DNA of 64,000 bases from an uncultured Nitrososphaeraceae archaeon (GCA_963779615.1 CAVZZA010000001.1:256001-320000); one strand, 5' to 3'; counted from the stretch's first letter, positions 1 to 10,394 are shown. The notes: generated by a model not told the origin, from the letters alone. Numbers and translations: made by a program.

Positions 1-1435
1 GAGTGAGATAGTGAATATCGCATCTTTGTAGTCTTTCCAAATCTTCGTTGTATTTATCTTGGAAATGCATCATTCCGAGGAATAATGACCTGACGTGCCA
101 TGAACCAACTGAATCGAAATTTTGTTTAAGCAAAATACTTGAAAACATCCTACCCAAATCTAAACCATGCGGCTGTTTGGATCTATCTACAAATTGGTTT
201 AATTTTCTTATCACCTCCAACATGGTCCAATATCTGTTAGATCCGGATTTTATTTCTTCAGTTTTTTCTTCAAAGTATTCTAACAATCCTTTGATGTCAA
301 CAAAAGAGGTAAGCGGTGTCAATTTTTTAGTCTGGGTGTCTTCAAATACATACGTTCCAGCGCCACATGCAAAATGGATGGACAATTCATATTTTGGTTT
401 TTTGCTAAATGCTTCTATAACATTAGTTAAAGGCATACATGAAGGAACAGGGAACCAGCCATCGCTTGATATCTCACCATTTGTTTGTTCTTCAATTCTT
501 TCAATGCAATCAGGAATAGTAATTCTGTACTTTTCTCGCTCTTTTTTGCTCATCCTACCAGTCAATGATACAGGTTGGAAGTTCACAGCATGAACAACAT
601 CCATGTTCTTTTGTGCAAAGCGTATGATTCCCCCTAATTCATGATCATTGATAGATTTAATAACTGTCGGGACAAAGACAACGGTCATTCCGCATTTTCT
701 TGCAGATTCTAGAGTGTATGGCACCTCCCAGTGATTTTTAGGATTTGTTCTTGGAGTCACTCCATCAAATGATAAATACAGGTTGCTTACTCCTGCCATC
801 CTAGTTTGTCTCATGGTTTCGGGGGAAAGGGCTAATTTTATGCCATTGGTATTAAGTTGAACATGATCTACACCTTCCTCTTTCATAATTTTAATCAGTG
901 CGGGCAAATCATCTCTTAGCATAGGCTCACCACCAGTGATTTGAATGGAATTACCAGCAATTGGTCTCTCTGCCTTTAGTGTTTTCATCATTGCGCGGAC
1001 TTGTTCATGAGAGGGCTCATACAAATAAGCTCCCTCCAAGCCTTTCTTCACATAAAAGAAACAGTACCAGCATGTGAGATCACATCGGTTAGTAACAATT
1101 ATGTTTGCCAATCCGGAGTGAGAAAGGTGATTAGTACATAAGCCACAATTAGTAGGACAAGCACATTTATCCACCATCACATTTGGAGCTTGTGCTCCTT
1201 TTCCATCCATCCAATAAGTGCTAAACTTTTTATACATTTCATAAGAACCAAAGTATAATTCTTCACACTCACCATGGCTAGGGCAGGTCTTTGTCATAAA
1301 GACCTTACCTTCTCTCTCAAACACCTCAGCATCCAGAATCATGTTACAATCTGGGCAAATACTTTGAGTATAGCGTATGGTACGTTTAGAACCAACAGTT
1401 TTACTAGTTAAATTAGAAATATGTATTAGATCCAT
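1..1435 (-). CDS. tes: Radical SAM tetraether (GDGT) lipid synthase, 3' end outside window
   Basis: Not in the ORF track (runs off the edge). Manual translation from ATG 1435: MDLIHIS...TQSICPDC...KTCPSHG...CPTNCGLC...VTNRCDLTCWYCF (CxxxCxxC)...ITGGEP...LSFDG...FQPVSLTGR...HFACG...GMMHFQDKYNEDLERLQRCDIHY, the MJ0619/Tes pattern. Confidence 0.88.
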   Translation of the reverse strand, partial: MDLIHISNLTSKTVGSKRTIRYTQSICPDCNMILDAEVFEREGKVFMTKTCPSHGECEELYFGSYEMYKKFSTYWMDGKGAQAPNVMVDKCACPTNCGLCTNHLSHSGLANIIVTNRCDLTCWYCFFYVKKGLEGAYLYEPSHEQVRAMMKTLKAERPIAGNSIQITGGEPMLRDDLPALIKIMKEEGVDHVQLNTNGIKLALSPETMRQTRMAGVSNLYLSFDGVTPRTNPKNHWEVPYTLESARKCGMTVVFVPTVIKSINDHELGGIIRFAQKNMDVVHAVNFQPVSLTGRMSKKEREKYRITIPDCIERIEEQTNGEISSDGWFPVPSCMPLTNVIEAFSKKPKYELSIHFACGAGTYVFEDTQTKKLTPLTSFVDIKGLLEYFEEKTEEIKSGSNRYWTMLEVIRKLNQFVDRSKQPHGLDLGRMFSSILLKQNFDSVGSWHVRSLFLGMMHFQDKYNEDLERLQRCDIHYLT

Positions 1436-1567
1436 AGTATTCGGTCTTTAGGTTTGTGGTTAATAGGCCTTATAAACTTGATCAGACAATTACTACGGTG
1501 TTTAGGTAGTAAGCAAAGAAAGAAGAGATAGATTTAATATATTTGAATAAATTACTCACATAAAGCA

Positions 1568-2350
1568 ATGGAAATTAGCGACAAGGCAAAAAAATCTATG
1601 GAAAGCCTTGGATTAACGAATTATGAGATCAGAGTGTATACAGCACTATTATTTTCCGGAGCTACTACCGCTGCCGAGATTAGCAAAAAATCCGGTGTCC
1701 CCTATTCAAAGATTTATGATGTATTGAATAATCTGTATGTAAGAGGGTGGACATATTCAGACAATTTAAGACCCCAGAATTTCTTTCCAAAGTCACCATC
1801 TACAGCAGTAGAGGCAGTGATGATAGAAATGGAAAACAGCATAAGAAGCAACAGGAATGTTATAATAAATGAATTAATGCCCATTTACGAAAAAACAGGG
1901 TTGAAAGAAAAACCAGATATATGGGTGGTGAGCGGACTTTACAATATCGCAGCTAAGGTAACAGAAATCATTCGATCTACTAAAGAGGAGCTTTTAATCG
2001 CAATTCCAAAAATCCCAGAAAATGTCATTAAATCCATTCAGCCCCTTCTGAGAGAACTTTTTGAAAAAGGGGTGAAAATTATTATTTTAGCATCAGAGGA
2101 AACTAGTGTGGAAATACTGAAAGCAATGTCAAGAGTTGCAGAAATAAGATTAAAAAACAGCATGTTCGGTGGAGGAGTAATAGGCGATTCAAAACAGGTG
2201 TTGATTTTACTCGGCGAAGGTAAAAATGATAATAATAGCAATTACGATATAATCGCGATATGGGCAGAGCACATAGGGTTAGCGAGTTTCGCAAAAGACT
2301 ATTTTAAGTACTTGTGGGAAGATGGAAAAAGGCTAAAAAGAGTAGATTAA
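1568..2350 (+). CDS. trmB: TrmB-family transcriptional regulator
   Basis: LGLTNYEIRVYTALL...EISKKSGVPYSKIYDVL N-terminal HTH plus C-terminal PLD-like domain. Confidence 0.9.
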   Translation: MEISDKAKKSMESLGLTNYEIRVYTALLFSGATTAAEISKKSGVPYSKIYDVLNNLYVRGWTYSDNLRPQNFFPKSPSTAVEAVMIEMENSIRSNRNVIINELMPIYEKTGLKEKPDIWVVSGLYNIAAKVTEIIRSTKEELLIAIPKIPENVIKSIQPLLRELFEKGVKIIILASEETSVEILKAMSRVAEIRLKNSMFGGGVIGDSKQVLILLGEGKNDNNSNYDIIAIWAEHIGLASFAKDYFKYLWEDGKRLKRVD

Positions 2351-2381
2351 AGTTTATTAATGGAACAGCTTAAAAATGGTC

Positions 2382-2447
2382 GGACAGACGATGAATTGAA
2401 ATGCCCTGCTGAATAGATGAAGTAGATCTTGAGTAAGGAGTTTGTCC
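2382..2447 (+). ncRNA. Candidate small RNA, C/D-box-like
   Basis: Terminal stem GGACAGAC/GTTTGTCC encloses GATGA-14nt-CTGA-ATA-GATGA; TATA-like TTTATTAA at 2353-2360; terminal D box is non-canonical. Confidence 0.4.
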
Positions 2448-2547
2448 TTCAACTTAATATTTGATGTATTAAATTATAACAAAGTAACAATCACAAAACT
2501 AAGATGTAACTATTTATTTAATAAAATACACATAAAATTATTCTATC

Positions 2548-2688
2548 ATGATCATAGGAAAAAAAATTGGGAAAGTTATAAGAAAAGATTCACCCAACAT
2601 ATTGAGTTTTTTAACAGAATTTGGAATTTTAACAAAGGAAATAGATGATAAATATTTAAAGATAGCAATTTCTAAAAGAATGGTTTGA
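2548..2688 (+). CDS. Possible 46-aa small protein upstream of pelota
   Basis: ATG...TGA, MIIGKKIGKVIRKDSPNILSFLTEFGILTKEIDDKYLKIAISKRMV; ends 15 nt before the pelota ATG. Confidence 0.3.
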   Translation: MIIGKKIGKVIRKDSPNILSFLTEFGILTKEIDDKYLKIAISKRMV

Positions 2689-2703
2689 AAGCTAGAACAA
2701 AAT

Positions 2704-3780
2704 ATGAAGACAAACAGGTTAAAAGATTCAGAAAATAGAATAGCAATTACGCCAGAGGAACCTGATGATCTTTTTAGTTTAAGAAGAATAACAGAAGTCG
2801 GGGATAACATAATTGCAGATACCACCAGAGTCATAAAACAAGATAAAGAATTTGCGAGACCCGATAAAGGAGAAAGAATCAAAGTCAAAATAAATTTAAG
2901 AGTGGAAAAAATAAGTTTTGATGGCACAATAGATAGGTTGAAAATATCTGGAATAATAATCACATCAAATAATGAAAGCATTCCAAGAGGGTTGTTTCAT
3001 TCCATCAGTGTAAAAATCAACGATACAATAATTTTAGAAAAATCACGTTGGAGTGAAGACTATTTAAAGATGATAACAAGTTCAGCATCAGAATTTAAAT
3101 ATATTCTGATTTCAATGGACTCCGGAGAAACATCCATAGCAATCCTAAATGGAACAAATTTAAAAATAACACCCAATATCTATTCTGGAAAAAGCGGAAA
3201 AAGATATAACGCAAACCAGAAGAACGAAACAAACATTAAAAGTTATTTTGACAATGTCAAAAAATCTCTAGATGTATATAAAGAAGAAGAAGGTATAAAA
3301 ATAATAATATTTGGCCCCGGAGAAACAAAGAGAAAATTTCTAAACTATTTAAAGGAAAAAAAAGAAGCTTATGAGAACAAAGATTTTGTATTAATCGAAG
3401 GCATAGAGACATCAGGGGAGGACGGGTTTTTCGTATTTTTGAGATCAGATGCCATGAAAGAGATGTTGACAAATAGCAAAATTGCCAAAGTCTCGACAAT
3501 ATTAGATAACATAATGTACCAAATAAACAAAGGAGAAAAGAAATTCGCTATGGGAATAAATGAGGTGAAAAATGCAAATTCATTAAATGCCATAGATATG
3601 TTAGTCTATTCTGATAAAGTTTTTTTTGAGGTCAATGAAGATGAATTTATAAAAATACTAAACGAAATTGAAAGTAAAAAAAATGTAAAAACTTTTGCAA
3701 CGGATTCATCTACAGATATTGGAATGAGAGTGTCATCGCTCGGTGGAATTATTGCCTTATTGCGCTACCCAATTCACTAA
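2704..3780 (+). CDS. pelA: Pelota (Dom34) ribosome rescue factor
   Basis: PEEPDDLFSLRRI, TTRVIK, SGKSGKRY, GPGETK, LGGIIALLRYPI (eRF1-like domains). Confidence 0.92.
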   Translation: MKTNRLKDSENRIAITPEEPDDLFSLRRITEVGDNIIADTTRVIKQDKEFARPDKGERIKVKINLRVEKISFDGTIDRLKISGIIITSNNESIPRGLFHSISVKINDTIILEKSRWSEDYLKMITSSASEFKYILISMDSGETSIAILNGTNLKITPNIYSGKSGKRYNANQKNETNIKSYFDNVKKSLDVYKEEEGIKIIIFGPGETKRKFLNYLKEKKEAYENKDFVLIEGIETSGEDGFFVFLRSDAMKEMLTNSKIAKVSTILDNIMYQINKGEKKFAMGINEVKNANSLNAIDMLVYSDKVFFEVNEDEFIKILNEIESKKNVKTFATDSSTDIGMRVSSLGGIIALLRYPIH

Positions 3781-4133
3781 ACATCACCAGTATCACCTTT
3801 ATGCGTGTTTTTATACATCCAATTAAAATACTCAGACGAAACATCACTCATTTTAATTACCACAATCTCTGGGACATCATAGGGATGATTATTCTTTATT
3901 TCAGTTTTTAATTTCTCGACATGATCGGAAGTAGTTTTGAAAAAAGCAAGATACTCTTTTTCCTGCTGTAAACCAGAGCCCCAAATATATATGGATTTTA
4001 CCATAGTATAATTCACACATGCACAGACCCTTTTTTCCATCACTAGAATGCGAGACAAATCAATTAGTGATTTCTCATCAGAAAACGTAGAAATTAAAAT
4101 TGCACCATTTTGGTCGGATCTTGTATCAACCAC
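3777..4133 (-). CDS. cutA: Divalent cation tolerance protein CutA
   Basis: ACVN...SIYIW...E...FKT...HPYDVPEIV. Confidence 0.92.
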   Translation of the reverse strand: MVDTRSDQNGAILISTFSDEKSLIDLSRILVMEKRVCACVNYTMVKSIYIWGSGLQQEKEYLAFFKTTSDHVEKLKTEIKNNHPYDVPEIVVIKMSDVSSEYFNWMYKNTHKGDTGDV

Positions 4134-4395
4134 AGCTTGCTATATTTTTGACTGCCTTTATAACAATATGGAAAATGCAGACAAAATCCACACAATAAAC
4201 ATCACATGATTATCCATATCAGAGTTACGATATTTTCAATTATCATTTATAAACATTATTTAAAATAGGCATTTCGATGACTACAACAATTTTCTCAGTT
4301 TAGTTTTTATGGTTGATCAAAATACTATCAAAAAAAAGATGGCCAAAAAGTCAAATGATTTTTGATTGTCGTGATGATTAAGATATCAAGACAAA

Positions 4396-5334
4396 TCAAA
4401 ATGGATTCTCATGAAGCAATGCAGATAAAAGAGCGGATCGCAACTCTTTGCCATAAGAAGCCTGTTTGAAGTATACAGCATTTTTAGTGTTATCGATAGA
4501 TGGGGATATTTCATCAACTCTTGGTAACGGATGTAAAATTGCAACATCAGGTTTAGACCTTTTTAATATATTTTCATCAATAGTATACAAGCCTTGAATT
4601 TTTTTATATTCTTGTAAATCAGGGAATCGCTCCTTCTGGATCCTAGTGACGTACATAACATCTAATTTTTTCAACAAATCATCAGTCAATTCAGTATGAT
4701 GAAACATCTTTATACTATTTGAAACATCATAAATTGATTCTTCCCTAATATTCAACATTGATGGAGAAACTAGGTGAATATGTACATTGTAATGAGATAA
4801 TGCGTATATTAAAGAATACACAGTTCGTCCGTATTTTAAATCACCAATGATTCCAATAGATAATCCATCAATCCTCTTTTTCTCTTTAAATATTGTGTAG
4901 ATATCCAACATAGCTTGTGTGGGGTGTTCTTCACTGCCACTGCCACCATTTATCACAGGTTTATCTGAAATCTCACTTGCGTACCTGCTAGAACCATCAG
5001 ATGGATGACGTATTAAAACAACATCAGAATACAAAGATATTGTTTTTATCGTATCAGCATAACTTTCACCTTTCATAATAGATGATGAGTCTATGTCTGC
5101 TATACCCAATGACCTGCCACCAATAGACGCCATAGCAGATTCAAAACTTAACCTCGTTCTTGTGCTGTATTCATAAAAAATGTATCCAAGTATTAGGCCT
5201 TTTGCAATCTCACCCCGCTCACTAGATGGCAAGGTTTGTATCTTGTCAGTAAGATCAAAAAGATACGTAAAATCATTGGTGGTAAAATCCCTAATAGAAA
5301 TAATACTTCGATTAAAAAACTTATTAACAGTCAT
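4396..5334 (-). CDS. pyrB: Aspartate carbamoyltransferase catalytic subunit
   Basis: FYEYSTRTRLSFE, HPTQ, GDLKYGRTV, TRIQKERF, HPLPR. Confidence 0.97.
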   Translation of the reverse strand: MTVNKFFNRSIISIRDFTTNDFTYLFDLTDKIQTLPSSERGEIAKGLILGYIFYEYSTRTRLSFESAMASIGGRSLGIADIDSSSIMKGESYADTIKTISLYSDVVLIRHPSDGSSRYASEISDKPVINGGSGSEEHPTQAMLDIYTIFKEKKRIDGLSIGIIGDLKYGRTVYSLIYALSHYNVHIHLVSPSMLNIREESIYDVSNSIKMFHHTELTDDLLKKLDVMYVTRIQKERFPDLQEYKKIQGLYTIDENILKRSKPDVAILHPLPRVDEISPSIDNTKNAVYFKQASYGKELRSALLSALLHENPF

Positions 5335-5392
5335 ATAACCAGATAATAAAAATATGCTAAAATTTATGCTTTTTTGAATTAATTAAAAAAAA

Positions 5393-8152
5393 TCATCCGG
5401 AAGCACAGCTACTAAATCCACATTCAATACACATGTTGCATCCCTCCGTAATTATGAGGAAATTTTTACATGTAGGACATATTTCCTTATTGCTTTCTGT
5501 TATAGAATGATCATATGGGTCAGAGGAAGTATTTCTGGAAAGTGGATCAAGCTCAAAACCAGATGCTTCTAAATCATTATTGAAGTTAGTGTTATCAATA
5601 TCAGTCACCGTATTATTACTGTCTAGATAGTTTTTAAAAATTGGAGTAACCTGGTCAATGACATATGGCTCTTTTATATTATTAAAGACATAATCGCATA
5701 AATATTTGCTAGGTTTGACTTGGAATTTTTTCTCACGCTCACTGCCAGTAATGTGTAAAACTTGCTCATTTCTTGAACCATCTCGATAAATAGTAACTCC
5801 TTTTAAGCCAAATTCATGAGCAAGCAGATAAGCGCATTTTACATCTTCAACCGTAACGTCTCCAGGCATATTTATTGTTTTTGCAATCGCATTACTAATC
5901 CATTTTTGCCATACTGCCTGAGCCATCAAATGTTCGGTCCAGTGAACATCAATAGCAGTAACAAAAATATTTTGAATCCACTCTGGAATTTCATCAATAC
6001 CTTGTGCAGAACCATAATTATTTGCAATTTTTAATAGGATTTCGTCATTGTATAGCCCATGTTCTTTTAGAACATTTTCAAAGATTTTACTGGTATAAAA
6101 GAATCTGCCTACTGTAACACGTTTTTCAAACACTAAAGCAAAAACTGGCTCTACACCATTTGATACATCTGCAATCATAGACAAGGTACCTGTAGGTGCA
6201 ATAGTAGTGGTCCAAGAGTTTCGAATACCATGACTTTTGATTTTCTCTATCAAAGAATCCCACTCAAAACAATGCAAATCTTTAGGGATTTCATAATATC
6301 CAGACAAAGGAATAACTCCATTTTTATAATCCGTCTCAGCAAATAATGGGAAAGAACCTCTAGATTTGGAAATTACTACGCTTTCGTCCATACTAAAGTA
6401 TGACAAAGTTTCTGCAAGTTTACTCATAAAATCATATCCTTCTTTGGAGTTATACGGAATTTGCAATAGGAAAAGCAGATCAGCAATACCCATTATGCCC
6501 AGTCCTATGCGTCTCGTTAATTTTGTATTAACATCAATTTCCTCAACTGGATACTTATTGACATCTATGATATTATCCAAAAATCTAGTGGCAACCCGTA
6601 TCGATTGTTCATACTTTTGCCAGTCAAACTCATACATTCCATCCGCCTTCCTTTTTACAAATTTTGAAAGATTGATAGATCCCAGGTTACATGATTCATA
6701 AGGATATAATGATTGTTCTCCACACGGATTTGTTGCTCGAAGAGGGCCACCTTTTGGCTTCATAACTGGATTGTATTTATTTATATTGTCAAAGAATATA
6801 ACACCAGGTTCGGCACTTTTCCATGCACTCAATGCAATCAGCTCCATCAATTGATGAGAATCAATGCTTTTTACATGTGCATTAGTTCGAGGGTTTCTTA
6901 AAGAATATTTATGATCACCTTTACTTACCAATGATTTCCAAAAATCAGCCCAAACTCCCACACTAACGTTAAAGTTTTCATATAAGCCGGGTTTTGTTTT
7001 CATTACAATAAATTTTTCAATGTCTGGATGCCAAGTTTCCAGGATACCCATGTTTGCGCCACGTCTTTTTCCACCTTGTTTAACTACGTCAGTCACTGAA
7101 TCAATAATTTGCATAAAGGATGCGGGTCCTGACGCAACACCACTAGTCGAAGCAACAATATCACCTTCAGGCCTTAGGTCAGAATAGTTGATTCCAACAC
7201 CACCACCTGATTTAAAAATCATTGCAGCATCGGTAGAAGATTTCATTATAGAGTACATGTCGTCAGGCATGTCAAGGACGAAACAGGCAGATAACTGCCC
7301 TAGCCTAGCACCAGAATTCATGAGGGTGGGAGTGTTTGGAAGGAATTCTCCTGAAACCATCAAATTATAATATTCAAATATCCTATTACCATAATTTGCC
7401 ATTTTCCCGCCAGCTATCATCCTCAGTAATTCTTTAAAGCTCGTTTTCATTTTACCAGTTTTTGCTTCTTCAATATAAGTTCTAATTAAAGATTCAAAAT
7501 GAAATTTATTAAGATAATAATTTCCAATTTTTAGTTTATTGTCAAAGTCGTTCAATTTTTCGTAATACTTTTCTGCATCTGTTAAAGTCTGTTTGTGATT
7601 ACCGTTTAAATCAAAAACAGCAGAATCATGAATTATATCAGGAATAGCAACCAAGATCGCGACACGTTCAAAAAGCTGTTTTGGACCTTCGTTAATTTCA
7701 TTATTGTTATTTCTAAGAAGATAGCGAGAAGACAAGACTCTGAGAGAATTGATGTCTAACGATTTGTCCACTTCATCAAGATCCTTTTTATTCAATATCT
7801 TCATCTTCATTTCCCTTATCTTTCGCCTCTCATGTCTGTATAATATGTAAGCTTTGGCAGTCTCGGCCAAACTCTCTTCTATTAGAATAGACTCGACCAT
7901 GTCCTGAACATCTTCAACGCTTAAAACGTGATCTTTGTTAGCAGATCCTAAATACCCGCTCTTATCAATCTTGTTAATTAATTTTGTTGCAAGCGATTCC
8001 GCTAACTTTCGGTCGGATTTGCCAGCCGCTACAAGTGCTTTATAGATTGCATTGGATATCTTTGATTGTTCGAAATTGACTATTGTTCCATTTCTTTTTT
8101 TAATATGTAATATAGATTTATTTTTTGAATTATGAAGATTAATTTCTGCCAT
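5393..8152 (-). CDS. nrdJ: Adenosylcobalamin-dependent (class II) ribonucleotide reductase with N-terminal ATP cone
   Basis: IKKRNG ATP cone; PNTPTLMN, LSACFV, GGKRRGANM, TNPCGEQ, ESCNLGS, TIAPTGT, YRDGSR, C-terminal CxxC...EGC..CxxCGFSSC. Confidence 0.95.
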   Translation of the reverse strand: MAEINLHNSKNKSILHIKKRNGTIVNFEQSKISNAIYKALVAAGKSDRKLAESLATKLINKIDKSGYLGSANKDHVLSVEDVQDMVESILIEESLAETAKAYILYRHERRKIREMKMKILNKKDLDEVDKSLDINSLRVLSSRYLLRNNNNEINEGPKQLFERVAILVAIPDIIHDSAVFDLNGNHKQTLTDAEKYYEKLNDFDNKLKIGNYYLNKFHFESLIRTYIEEAKTGKMKTSFKELLRMIAGGKMANYGNRIFEYYNLMVSGEFLPNTPTLMNSGARLGQLSACFVLDMPDDMYSIMKSSTDAAMIFKSGGGVGINYSDLRPEGDIVASTSGVASGPASFMQIIDSVTDVVKQGGKRRGANMGILETWHPDIEKFIVMKTKPGLYENFNVSVGVWADFWKSLVSKGDHKYSLRNPRTNAHVKSIDSHQLMELIALSAWKSAEPGVIFFDNINKYNPVMKPKGGPLRATNPCGEQSLYPYESCNLGSINLSKFVKRKADGMYEFDWQKYEQSIRVATRFLDNIIDVNKYPVEEIDVNTKLTRRIGLGIMGIADLLFLLQIPYNSKEGYDFMSKLAETLSYFSMDESVVISKSRGSFPLFAETDYKNGVIPLSGYYEIPKDLHCFEWDSLIEKIKSHGIRNSWTTTIAPTGTLSMIADVSNGVEPVFALVFEKRVTVGRFFYTSKIFENVLKEHGLYNDEILLKIANNYGSAQGIDEIPEWIQNIFVTAIDVHWTEHLMAQAVWQKWISNAIAKTINMPGDVTVEDVKCAYLLAHEFGLKGVTIYRDGSRNEQVLHITGSEREKKFQVKPSKYLCDYVFNNIKEPYVIDQVTPIFKNYLDSNNTVTDIDNTNFNNDLEASGFELDPLSRNTSSDPYDHSITESNKEICPTCKNFLIITEGCNMCIECGFSSCASG

Positions 8153-8327
8153 TCGGGTGACTATTTTAATGTATATGTATCATTATTTATTAAGATTAAT
8201 TGACTATGTTATTCGACAAAGTTAATAGAACTATTAGTATATACATTGATATAATATACGAGTATGTTCATTTTAATCAAATAAATTAATATGTACATAT
8301 ATTACTGACAATAATTCCATTACATAA

Positions 8328-10394
8328 TTAAGTCAAAGTTAACAGATTGTTAGATTTACATATGTAGCATACATTATTATTTGAAACCCGAGAGCCACAA
8401 ACATTACAAATAACCTGTTTATCGACTATTTCAAAACATGGAATTAATCCAGTAGATTTACCTAAAAATTCAACTGTGTTAGTCAAAGATATTGCGGTAG
8501 TGTCTATTTTGACGGAAAAACCACCCGTCAACAAATCATCCAACAATAGTAATTTTCGGGCCATAGAGTTTGCATCATCAAGATCCTTTTGGGTGATTAC
8601 CAGGCCTTGAGAATAGGAACCGAAAGTATGGAACAATTTGCCAAATCTTTCAGAATCCAGCTGGACAAACCGGCTGGAGCTATTATCATTGATTATCGAA
8701 ATTCCAAAACGATCATAACTTTTTTTATTAAAATTGGAAACAACATCATTAGCAGTTTTAATAACGTTCTTTATGATTTCAATGCCTTTCTCAGGGTCAT
8801 TAGAATAGCCCAGTATATCAAAAATCGATTCTTTTATGCCGGTTAAATTTATAATCATATCAGTAGAGCCTGATTGGGGAAACATAAGTGGATTGGATAA
8901 TGCAGGCAACAACCCTTTTCTAACATTATCAAAGATCATATCTTTTTTTGACACCAAGGCACCTAAGGAGGGTTTTAACAGTAAAGCCAATTTTGTTCTA
9001 AAATAAGTTTCATCCTTATTTGATTGATAAGCTAAATGCGGAAGGTTTAGAGAGATGGAGTGTAAAGAAACTACAGGTAATTTAGTGCCATCGTTTATTT
9101 TAAAAACTCCTTTACTACTTCGTATTGATTTTTGTGATAATGATATCTTTCCACCATATTTTGCAATTTTTGCTATCATATTAAGGAGATTGTTAGAAGG
9201 CGGATTTGAAAATACAATAAACAGTCCAAATTTTGGTATTGGAACTTTTTCCAGGTACGCCATATATCCATTTAATATTCCAGTTAAAACATTGTCTTTA
9301 TCCTTCAAAGAAATAGCAATTGTAACAAAAGGAGAACTAAGAGAATGGATAGAAAAAGAAGAATGCAGTAAGGAGTTTGCAAAAATTGAAGAAACGTCAT
9401 CAACATTTGATGATTCATCATCAAATAATATTTCAATATTTTCGATAACTATTTCTTTTGAAACTTCATTTTGAAAAAGAGAAACTAAAAGCGGTAAAAC
9501 AATACCAACATCATTTAAATGCGAAAAGTGGGGCAAATAAGGGAATTGCCCATTTAAATCCAGTCCTTTTTCCAGAAAATTTTCAGTATCAATAAAAATG
9601 GTATCGGGACAGATACCCCAATAGCCTAAATCATCTAGATGTATTTCACCATTAAAGTGCATATCCAATACATCTTTAGGAAAGTTATTTTTCAAATAAT
9701 CAGAAAAAACACTTTTGGAAATATCAATAATTACATTATTGATACCATTATTCAACAATCCAGTATTATTGTTTAGTTTTTTGTTTAAATCGTAAATAGG
9801 AATACCAAGTCTGATTAATTTGTTCATTTGTTCCTCTAAACCATGTTCTAATAGCACATTGTTAACATAGTCTCTAATAAGACTAGACGTCAAATAAGAA
9901 GATGGGGATTTATAGATTTTATTTTCCACTTCCTCTGTAACTTTTGTAGATTGCTCTAATGACATATTTGCCTCCCTTACCAAACACTGTATTATTTTAT
10001 GGGGGTTAAATTCTTCAATTGTTTGATTACTTGTCCTCACATACATCTTTCCACTTTCAATAATGGATTTTTCTTCTATTTGTCGAGCAAGATTTAAAAC
10101 CAATTTCCCCAAATTAGTAATAGCATACCGCCTTTCGGCCTTATTTAGGCCGACTAGAGATTGTCTTAACAGCTTTCGTAAATGATAAGCAAACTTTCCA
10201 GACTCTTTTTTGGATCTGAAGCCTGCTAAAGATTTTAATTCGGAATAAGTCAACGGTCCTTTAGAATTTAGGATACGCAAAATGTCAATTCTATTAGGGC
10301 TGGCCATCACAGAAAAAATCATTCTTACTCGTTTGGACGTTGATTCCAAAGCACCTCTTTTATTTTCCGATGCGGGCAAATACGTAATCCTCAA
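8328..10394 (-). CDS. ArsR-like wHTH + ATP-cone + NrdD-like (class III RNR fold, apparently inactive) fusion protein
   Basis: SPNRIDILRIL...FAYHLRKLL (wHTH); VRTSNQTIEEFNPHKI...LIRDYVNNVLLEHG (ATP cone); HFNGEIHLDDL, SLNLPHLA, terminal CNVCG...CYICKS with no glycyl-radical loop. Confidence 0.75.
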   Translation of the reverse strand: MRITYLPASENKRGALESTSKRVRMIFSVMASPNRIDILRILNSKGPLTYSELKSLAGFRSKKESGKFAYHLRKLLRQSLVGLNKAERRYAITNLGKLVLNLARQIEEKSIIESGKMYVRTSNQTIEEFNPHKIIQCLVREANMSLEQSTKVTEEVENKIYKSPSSYLTSSLIRDYVNNVLLEHGLEEQMNKLIRLGIPIYDLNKKLNNNTGLLNNGINNVIIDISKSVFSDYLKNNFPKDVLDMHFNGEIHLDDLGYWGICPDTIFIDTENFLEKGLDLNGQFPYLPHFSHLNDVGIVLPLLVSLFQNEVSKEIVIENIEILFDDESSNVDDVSSIFANSLLHSSFSIHSLSSPFVTIAISLKDKDNVLTGILNGYMAYLEKVPIPKFGLFIVFSNPPSNNLLNMIAKIAKYGGKISLSQKSIRSSKGVFKINDGTKLPVVSLHSISLNLPHLAYQSNKDETYFRTKLALLLKPSLGALVSKKDMIFDNVRKGLLPALSNPLMFPQSGSTDMIINLTGIKESIFDILGYSNDPEKGIEIIKNVIKTANDVVSNFNKKSYDRFGISIINDNSSSRFVQLDSERFGKLFHTFGSYSQGLVITQKDLDDANSMARKLLLLDDLLTGGFSVKIDTTAISLTNTVEFLGKSTGLIPCFEIVDKQVICNVCGSRVSNNNVCYICKSNNLLTLT

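Noticed and set aside
48-593. 181-aa + strand ORF
   Set aside because: Antisense shadow of the radical SAM (tes) gene on the - strand
8328-10394. Functional anaerobic ribonucleotide reductase NrdD
   Set aside because: No glycyl-radical motif after the Zn site and no activase nearby
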